Assembly: GCA_037447605.1 (NCBI GenBank)
Contig: CM074810.1
Location: 1,398,880-1,462,879 of the forward strand
DNA from: Zygnema circumcarinatum SAG 698-1b
Lineage: Eukaryota; Plantae; Zygnematophyceae
Reading direction: 5' to 3'
Length of the DNA: 64,000 nucleotides
The translations under genes and the position numbers were made by a program. Below, piece after piece: positions 46,654-64,000 of this stretch (positions are counted from its first letter, which is position 1; each line of letters opens with the position of its first letter). Under the pieces are notes generated by a model. That model worked only from the letters and a program-made list of their open reading frames with translations, was not told the DNA's origin and ran no database searches.

Positions 46654-47453
46654 ACAGAGTGAGAATATGACAATTGGAAGTTTTTTTAAGCAGCAAGTCT
46701 AATTCGATTGATGATAGAAGCAACACCGTGGCATCATGGCATCATCCTCCAAAGGATCGAGTCATGGCCATACATGTGAACTGTCTGTCTATTTTTTAAG
46801 CTCCGAGAGGTGCCGCATACTTCAGGAAAGGATAGCGTCCTGTGTAATGCCGAGATAAGCGCCTTTTTTTTTTTTTTTTTGTTCTAGGGGCTCCATGACG
46901 GTGAGATGTGCGTGACACATGTAATCGGTTAGTTGGACTGACCGACTCACATGTGCCAGTTTCCGTTGCATGGCATGTGGCTCTGCACAGTTTGAATTGC
47001 ATGGGTTTTAGTTGTTGATGACTCCCAAGCAGGCCGTACCTTCAACCCGAAAAACTCTGAACTTGATTATTTGGGGTTTTGTAACGGACTGGGGGGGCGC
47101 GTGTATACCAATAATCTATTTTTTATTGGTCAGATTTTTATTTCATTCGCTTTTCAGCCAAACAGATTCATGTTTCTCGCGGATGAAACCCTAATAAAGT
47201 CAGCTTTGCCTACATTTCCATATCCTCCCTCCCCTTTTCCCACCCTTCCCCCCCTCCCCCTCTCACTCCCCCTTCCCTCAGTCGCTCTCCCGCAGTTCGT
47301 TTCCCTCTCCCTCCCTTCCCCCCTCCTATCCGTCTCCGTCTCCCTGCCACTCCTCTTCCAAACCCCTCTTCCTTTCCCCCCCCCCTTCTTCCCCATCTAC
47401 CTCCCTCTCCCTCTCCCTCTCCCTTACTCCCCCCCTCTCCCTCTCCGCTCTCC

Positions 47454-48002
47454 CTACAGCCACGCCAAAGCCTCATTAACGACCAACTCATCTACGAAGG
47501 GCCGTACGGACCAAAGGGTGCCGTACGACTGCAGCTGCTCACTCGGCGTGTCCAGTGACAAGGCCATAATTATTTTTTCCTGCACGTTCCTAAAATAGGG
47601 GAGTCAAGACAATGGCCTTACAACGTTTCTTAATCTAAATTTGAATTGAGTGCGAAAGAAAGAGTTCATGAATACCCTAAACCTAATTCGTCTATAGAGC
47701 TTGACTTCAGAAACCTTGAACCCTGAGCCATGACCTGAAAACCTGAACCTTAAACCCTAAAGACGTTGAACCCTAAAACCTGGAACCTTGAAGGGTTCAG
47801 GGGCTCACCTTGAAAGCCAGGTCATCCTCAAACATGCTCCAGATGCATGACATCATCGTGACGTAATCCGTCACCCCCAGCTCCTTCCCAGAAGCTTCCC
47901 TGAACACGTTTGTCTGCGTGGCATCCATGGAGAGACAGACTCGCAACACTTGGAATTAAACAGAGCCTAAAAATCAAAACAGACAAGAGAAAGATTCTTA
48001 AA

Positions 48003-48075
<73 letters not shown>

Positions 48076-50064
48076 GCAAGTAAAAAATTGGAAGATTAGA
48101 ACATAAAAAATTAGAAAATTCAGTTGCTTGAATGTGGTGTACTTACATACGGAGGACTCCCCATTGTGAGAATGCAAGAACTTACTAAGGCCAAGCTTTT
48201 GGCCGGCTGTTGAACCTCTTCTCCATCCTCTTCTGCAAGATCCAGCGACGCACTGGAAGGTGGATCCGAGTTCAACGAGAGTCGAGCCAAAGTGGATCCG
48301 ACCCAGTCAACAGATATCGGTGGATCCACTTTCGGAAGCAGTGAGAGGAGAGAGGAGCAGCTCTCTTCTGCTTCCAGGAAGATGCTGTGAAGCTTCTCAG
48401 AAGATTCCTGCACTGCCCATTCAACCTACAATGCATAAGTTTTCACTATTTTTTAGAGCTTCCAGAAATCCAGGAAAGCTTACAAGGATTTTGAGCATTT
48501 CAAACCACTGAGCTATTCAAATGCAATAAAAAAATCTTTGAATAAATGGAAAGAATTTGAAACCACCCTCTTCTCGTTAGTGAATACATCTGAATGTCCT
48601 CATTATATCCGGATATTTCTGAATGAGCTTGAACGTTTTTAAATCATCTGAAACAAAGGTTTTGAATTATTTGATTATCTGAAGGTATCGAAAGTCGGTG
48701 ATCACCTTCAGCCAAGTGGCGATGCATGGCTCGAAATGATTCATTCACTGTCGAAAAAGAAGGAGAAAAAGAGAAGGAAGATTTTGGATTAATGGAACAG
48801 AGCTATTTTCTCCCCTCCTCCCTTCCCACCTTCCCCCTCCCAACCTCTCCCTCCTCCTCCCCCTTCTATCTTCCCCCGCCCCCCCTCCCTCCCTCCCCCT
48901 CCTCCGCCTACCCCTCCGTCCCTCCCTCCTCTCCCTCTCTAACTCTCTCTTTCTCTCTCCCTCCCTCCTCTCTCTCCCCCCCGCACTCTTCCCCCCTCCC
49001 CCTCTCACTCTCTGGCTGTTTGGAATATTCCAGGTTTTAGGGTTTCAGGATTTTAGGCCATGTACGTTAAATGAGATTAGGGTAGGGTTTAAGATATTAG
49101 GGTTCCACTTGTAGGGTTTTAGAGATTAGGGTTTCATTTTTGGGGTTTACGAGTTTTAGGGTTTGGCCTCACTCCGCGCACAGTTGGCCCTTGCCGCCTC
49201 CGCATGGGTGCATCCCCCCTGGACGTAATTCCGGAGCCGCTCCGAGCCCTGCTCTGAAAATATTTTTGCCAAAACCGGCGACGACTTCTGAAGGGGCTCG
49301 CGCCGGAAAAGTTCTGCGCACAGTTTTCTTTACCCCTTACTTTATTTCAGTTTTTTTCTTTATTTTTGTGATTGTTGTTTTAGGTAGTTTTCTTTTTAAA
49401 GAGTTGCTTTTGCATTTGGACACAAACCACGTTATTTTGCTGATTTTTTTTTTTCGAGAGAGAAAGTTTCATGGAACTGACCGAGTTCGGAGGAAAGCGA
49501 CAAAATTAAATTTTCTCCGACTTGGTGCAGCTCGTCTAGCACGGCCACTCTGCAAAAAAAAAAAAAAGAAAAAAGAAAAAAGAAAAAAGTTGAAGGGGGG
49601 AGGGGGAGGAGGGCATGAAAGAAAAAGAAAGAGGGTGCTGGAAAAGATCAGTAAATTTAACTTTAAAAAGATTAAAATTTAAAGGGTCAAGAAGGAAATA
49701 AGCAAAGGGGAGTTTCCTGAAGAAAAACTGAGAATTTTTTTCGATACTTTTTCCTTCCAGAACTGCGAAAGCCGCTTTGAAAATGGGTTGAAGGGTCTCA
49801 GTTTTTGGTTTTTAGTTTTTGGTTTTTGGTTCAGGGTTTTACAAGGCTTTGGTTTCACAAATGGGGCTTTCACAATTTCATTTTCCCATAAGATTCCGGC
49901 ATAAAGTATTTTTTTTTTTATTAAATTTTCATCAACTGACATTTTTTTTCAAGGTTGAAAAAATATTTTCAAAAAAAAAAAACTTACAGCTGCATGAAGC
50001 TGCGGAAACGCGCTCTGGTTTCCGCATGTGTCCTCAGTTCCGTTGGCGCTGCCGATACGGACAT
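47454..50064 (-). CDS. Conserved uncharacterised plant protein, ~282 aa, 7 exons
   Basis: Exons 50064-49988, 49549-49482, 49313-49173, 48747-48706, 48412-~48158, 47948-47809, 47579-47454 join in phase (849 nt). C-terminus YVTMMSCIWSMFEDDLAFKEKIIMALSLDTPSEQLQSYGTLWSVRPFVDELVVNEALAWL* resembles a land-plant family I recall as ending S.ELESY..MWSLRPF.D. The exon 5 donor is ambiguous. Confidence 0.72.
48011..48072. repeat. (AT)31 microsatellite, intronic
   Basis: Perfect run after an A10 tract. Confidence 0.97.
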
Positions 50065-50330
50065 AGAACGCCCCTCGCCATGCGTGACGCTCACGTCATC
50101 CTCCGTTAAACCCATAACCCTAACCCTAAAACTCCCTAAGGGGAAAACTCTTTAAACCTCTGAAGCGCTAAAACCCTCACTCGTCTGCTGGGGAAAAAAA
50201 AAGCGAAAATGTACATCTGGAAATTTGAAAGGAAATAATGAAAGCGAGCCGAGAACGCGGGGCTTTAATAGAGGCTGAACGTGAAGGTGAGAAACCTGGT
50301 TGGATGCGGGAAACCGAAAAACTAAAGACT

Positions 50331-50410
50331 CGCTGACGTCTTTTCAACGGCGATTCAAAATACTCGCTGACGTCAAATTGAGGGCGATTCAAAAAACCCG
50401 CTGACGTCAG
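50331..50410. promoter_or_regulatory. Three CGCTGACGTC motifs at exact 34-bp period
   Basis: Motif starts at 50331, 50365 and 50399, each of the first two followed by GGCGATTCAAAA; ~270 bp upstream of the minus-strand gene. Confidence 0.5.
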
Positions 50411-51827
50411 TAATCGAACGTAACGCGGAGGGCCGGGCCAATGGTTGGCAAATGTCAACCAATTGAACCATTGGCCGTGGCTGGGAAATGCCAACCATTG
50501 GCAATGGCGAGCTCGACTTAAAGTTCGCGAAAGGCGAGAGCCATAGGCCAGCCATTGGTCAGAACCCTCTTAGTTTAATTATTAATCAACCAAATGACCA
50601 AGTTGAAATGTCAAGTTTTTTGGTACGACCCGCAGCTACAGTACTGTACGCCGGTTTGTACCGTACCATGTACGGCACAAACGACGATACAGTTGTACTG
50701 TACTGTACTGTACAGTACAGAATGAAAATTATTTTATTCTAGAAATTTTAGGTGACGTGGCGCTGTCATTGGAGACGACCGGAAACGAACCTTCTAGAAC
50801 CAGCGAAAGAAGGTAAGGAAAGCCGTACGTATAATTAATTAAAGAAGTCGTACTCTACAAGCTTCACTTGAAATACAACGAATCACTTAATTATTTTTAT
50901 CATGTACTCGTTCTTTATTTGGTTTTTGGATAAGGCAGGTCGACTAGCCGACACAGCCTTAGGCGACAAAAGTCAGCCCACGTGATCCGATGACGTTATA
51001 AAAGTTGGAATCTTGAAAATGACGTCACCAATGGCCTTCCAGGCACGTGTGTGCCAGCTAATCAGTCGACGTCGGCTGATCTCCAAAATCAACATCATCC
51101 TCAGGAAGCATTGTTGATCGGATCAACTAGTGGACTCCAATTATGAAGTAGAGTGGATCCACGCTCGACAATAGTACAGTATACAGTAAGGGTCCTTCCC
51201 TCCTTCCTACTTGGTGGACCCGAAACTAAAACAACCGCTTAGCTTAAGCATATTCCACTATAACGGGATTCGAGCGTTGGGTGGATCCACACCTGATTTT
51301 GATCAGTGGACTCACATGTGCGAACAATTTTATCCAGGTCAGCATCCTTGAAGCATCCGCCAGCGCGACAATTGTCGCCAAAAAGCTGCCGTGGACAAAA
51401 TATCTTGGAAACAATTTTTTTCTGCCCGAGAGTTATTCTTTAAAAATATATCAAACTTATCTCGGCCGTCCATTGAAGGTAGTCTCGTTTCATCGAAAAA
51501 ACTGACCGTCGAAAAATAGAAATTAATCGGTTTTTTCCAGATGCTTCCGCTTGGTCCTGCCCAAACATTGGGAACCAAATAATTGATTTAAAATAACTAC
51601 ATCCTTGGTCTCCACCACGAAGCATATAAAGTAGTGACGAGGCCATTGCACTTTGTCCATTACGTAGCTGAAGAGACACGATAAAGAGAGAGAGAGTAGA
51701 GAGAGAGAGAGAGAGAGCGAGAGAGAGGGGGAGAGCGGGAGGTGGAGAGAGAGGGAGACAAGAAGGAGAGGGCGAGAGAGAACGAGGGAGGGAAAGAGAG
51801 AGGGAGGGATAAGCGTGCGTGGCAGCC

Positions 51828-53333
51828 ATGGGGTCACTGATGGCGGGCTGGTCGAGTGAGCACATGACGAAAACGGGTATGCTCTGACGCCTCTCTCTCT
51901 CTCTCTCTCTTATCGCCCCTTTTTTATCCCACCCCCTCCAATTGCCTCTCTTAACGCACTGGTTTTAAAACTTGGACTCCTTGCCCCTCTCTCACTCCCT
52001 CCACCTCTCTCCCCCTCTCCCTCTCCTTCTGCTGACGCATCCTTCTCGTGCTGCGCACTCCATTCCTTACTTTTATTCCTAATAGTTTTCGCCTCCCTTG
52101 GGTGTATTCTTTTTACAGGTTTGGCCCATGCAGGGTCCTTCACCAAGACCGAGATTGAAGCCTTTTGGCGCCTCCGCAAGGAGGAGGTCGAGGAGCACGC
52201 GGCGCACCTCGCGGAGTACATGCAGCCCCTCAAGGTGAATGCGCTGCTTCATGGAAACGCAGTTCAGTCGCAGTTTCGGGTTCAGTTCCAGTTCCAGTTC
52301 CAGTTGACCTCTTGTTCGAGGTGCTGTTTCAGTCAAAGCTCAAGTGAAATAAGTGGGGTTTAGGGTCTGTTGATTGAGGTAAGTTCAGGGCGTCTCGAAA
52401 TCTTAAGTTTATTAAAGGACGAAAAGGGTTGTAGATAGAGAATAGGAAATCTGGAAAGAAAAACTATAAATCTGAAAAACAATCCTGAGAAATCTGGGCA
52501 AGAAGGGACTTAAATGGATTGTAGTTTCGTTAGTTTTATTTATATTGTTATTAGCCGGAATAAGGGTGTGTTTTCCTTTCCCTTTTTTTTTTTTTTTCGA
52601 AGTCGAGAGTGTGATGCGCTTCTGAATGACGTTTGTGGTGACGAGAGCTGCTCTGTGCTTTCAGAATTGAGAATATTTACTTATGGTTTTGTCGATTGTT
52701 TGCGAAATATTTGTTCAGGAGGATGCGCCCCTGCCCCCGAATCCGTTTGATGCGGACGATCCCGAAGATCTGACGGACGAGGAGAAGCGTCTCCGAATGA
52801 AGGACTGGTGAGCGCTGAAAATAGAAGATGCCTCTTTCGCTCCCCCGGCCCCCCTTTTCCGCTCTCTTCCTATCTCCTTTCTTTCCTCTTCCTCGCTCGC
52901 TCTGACCTTTCTTTCCCTCCCTCTGCAATTCTCTTTCTCTCTCTCTCTTTCCCTCTCTCTCTCTCTCTCTCTCTCCCTCTCTCTCTCTTTCCCTCCCTTG
53001 TTCCTTGTGTTCCCTCTCCTTTTTCCTCTCCCACTTTCGCCCTCCTTCTCGTCCTTTGCATCGGGTTTCCTTTTTCCTTTTTTCGTTGGGCAGCGTTGGG
53101 AGTTCCAAATTTTATGAAGCCACCTTTGTTCCAAACTTTGTATTCTGGTTGGTTTGTTTTGGTTCCTCGTGGTTTCTTACTCGCATGCGTTGTTTCAACA
53201 CGCGAGTGTTCGCAGGTGGAGAACGAGCAACTTGGCCTATTTGAATGCCCCCCCTGAAAAGGGGTACAATGAGACCAGGGGCGGTACATATGTCACCCAA
53301 CACGAGGTCGCACTGGGCCTTCAAGCCACTTAA
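51828..53333 (+). CDS. Conserved uncharacterised small plant protein (MGSLMAGW...WWxxSNxAxLNxPP family), 123 aa, 4 exons
   Basis: Exons 51828-51876, 52119-52234, 52719-52807, 53216-53333 (372 nt, in phase) give MGSLMAGWSSEHMTKTGLAHAGSFTKTEIEAFWRLRKEEVEEH...KDWWRTSNLAYLNAPPEKGYNETRGGTYVTQHEVALGLQAT*. Three blocks match a land-plant family I recall as MGSLMAGW / SLTKEEIEAFW / WWTRSNWAFLNEPP. Confidence 0.85.
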
Positions 53334-53986
53334 AGAGCTCACAACTGAAACAGAGAGCACGCACTTGTACATATGTTTGAGGCGCATGGGGCAGTTCCGT
53401 GCAGCCAATCAATCGATTTAGCATTGCAACGGTGGAGCATGGAGAGGCCTCTGCTGCATGCAGGGCTGTGAGGCTGACCGGGTCGTCTGCAAGGCTGTTA
53501 AGAATCATATGTAAGCTTTATTATACGACTCGAAAGAGCATATTAGAATAAGAGGGAAGAGAGCAGAGTTGGTCGGTCGGTCAGTGGGGCGGAATAGAAC
53601 ACAGGACAGTTTTGAATGGCGGTGGCCGCCGGCGAATGCAGGACGTGCTGTTTATAGGATGCTTTAAATGTAAGTAGCGGAGCATGTGATGGATGGGTCG
53701 GTTGTAAATACAAGCATGGGAGCATGGCAGCGCTGATGTGGAGCCTGCAAAGATGACCATTGCTATGAGTATCATCGTCGTGTCATGGCCATATATACAA
53801 CCTTTGATTAGGCATTCTTCATTTTTCATTCTTTGGGTAGCCTTCGATTGGGCATTCTTTTTGGAGGTTTGCGTGTGGTGGTGCATGGATGAGTGGATTG
53901 ATAGCTCCATCAGCATGCATGCAAGGCATGTTTCTCTCTTTACTTTTCGTTGCCTTAACTATCTTTGCAGCAGGGGTGTTTCAATA

Positions 53987-54183
53987 GGGGGAGTCAAACT
54001 TTACACATGGCCAAATCAATTTCGTAAGCCTGTCGGGCGAATTAAGCATTGGCTAGGTACGCATTTCGGTACGGCTGCGTGGCGGAGCCGCGGATCCCGA
54101 CCCGGAATTTGTACACGAAACTTTTACTTTTAGTATACTAAATTCGGGAACTTAATACGCTTCGGGCTAAGTCTGACTCCCCC
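53987..54183. mobile_element. ~197-bp MITE with TA TSD (Tc1/mariner-type)
   Basis: TA|GGGGGAGTCAAACTT ... AAGTCTGACTCCCCC|TA: 15-bp TIR with one mismatch. A similar end (TAGGGGAGTCAAGAC) occurs near 47596. Confidence 0.75.
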
Positions 54184-54482
54184 TAATCTTAGAAAGTTAA
54201 TTTTGTAGAATAAAAATTGCATTCAGTATGCAATTGTCCACGAGATAAGGCGTCGCAGCGAATGAAAAAAGTGCTTCCTTCAAAGCATCTTCCATATCGA
54301 TATTTTGGAGCTTGTGACGCGGAGAGCAGTGCGAGCTCATTCTCTTCAGCGAAGTAGTGCAATGCAGTACAGAGAGGCGCCTCCGAAACATGAAATAGAA
54401 AGTGAGAGAACTAAAAAGTGCTTTTTGAATTGCATGAATGGCAAGAGCAGGCCCACACCGGCTGCTGAAATGTGGGCGGGCA

Positions 54483-54860
54483 ACCGTTGGATATGTCATG
54501 CGTATCTTTGCGCGATATTGACCGTTGGATTGCCCTTAGCAAGATTTCAAGAGGCTGGCCGTCGATTCTGCCACGTGGAAACGTGTAACACCGTTGGATA
54601 ATCGCCTGCGAGCTTTCGAAGGCGCATGACAGTTGGATAGCGAAGGTCGATGATTTCGACAAGGTTTAGGGTTTTATATGCCGCGTGTCGCAATCAGCGT
54701 GATTTCACCCACTGATTTATGAGGTTGTTGCTTTTGGGGGTTTCGACCGTTGGGTATGTCACACGTGCGAACATGAGATTCTAACCGTCGGATGGGCCAC
54801 GCATGCACAAGAAGCACAAGGATGGCCATGCGCAAAATCTTGCGATTTTGACCGTTGGAT
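54483..54860. repeat. Cluster of ACCGTTGGAT motifs (7 copies including variants)
   Basis: Copies at 54483, 54521, 54590, ~54630, 54746, 54784 and 54851; two more at ~3148 and ~3188. Confidence 0.8.
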
Positions 54861-55140
54861 CTGCCGCTTTTACAGGGGAATGCCGAAAAGCAAACGTCTC
54901 CAGAACCAATGTTTGATGGCAATGGTAGAACTCTCCCTCCCCCCCCACCCTCCTCTGCCCCTCTCTCCCTCTCCCTCCTTCCCTGCCCCTCTCTCTCTCC
55001 CTCTGTCTCTCTCTCACCCTCTCTCCCTCTCACTCCTTCCCTGCCTCTCTCTCTCTCTCCCTGACTTTCTCACACCCTCTCGCCCTCTCCCTCCTTCCCT
55101 GCCCCTCTCTCTCCCTCTCCCCCTCTCCCTCTCTCCTCCC

Positions 55141-63855
<8,715 letters not shown>

Positions 63856-63885
63856 CTGCAGAGCCATGTGGGGAGATAGATGCAC

Positions 63886-63935
<50 letters not shown>

Positions 63936-64000
63936 AAGGGTTTTTAGCATTCGAGTTTTAGATTCAAGAGTTTCGTGAGACGAAGTACGCATCCAGCCTT

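Overview
Eukaryotic, intron-rich nuclear DNA from a green plant-lineage organism. A streptophyte alga such as a zygnematophyte is inferred from land-plant-type genes, GT-AG introns and the RbcS sequence; the organism itself cannot be verified. Nine 10-N scaffold gaps are present. I reconstructed 12 spliced protein-coding genes by hand: TMA7, a P-type PPR protein, RbcS, EPSPS, an F-box/LRR protein, SRT2 sirtuin, TIM10, LDL3-like histone demethylase, QCR8, two conserved uncharacterised plant proteins, and a 5'-incomplete DExH1/DHX36-like helicase. Exon phases were checked and are consistent except where a gap intervenes; one donor is ambiguous. Intergenic DNA holds several non-autonomous transposon families: a long-TIR GGGTAG family with 8-bp TSDs, a pogo-like CAGT element containing a nested truncated LINE, a TA-flanked MITE, a CCATTGG-rich element and dispersed LINE 3' tails. 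Micro- and minisatellites are also present. The 1.3-kb duplication and 1.4-kb perfect palindrome at 21.2-25.0 kb are most probably one assembly artefact. I found no CRISPR array, rRNA, tRNA or clearly novel multi-gene system. The best leads are the transposon families, two uncharacterised conserved genes, polarised GA/CT intron architecture, and motif arrays (G-box, MSA-like, GTAC, TGACGT).
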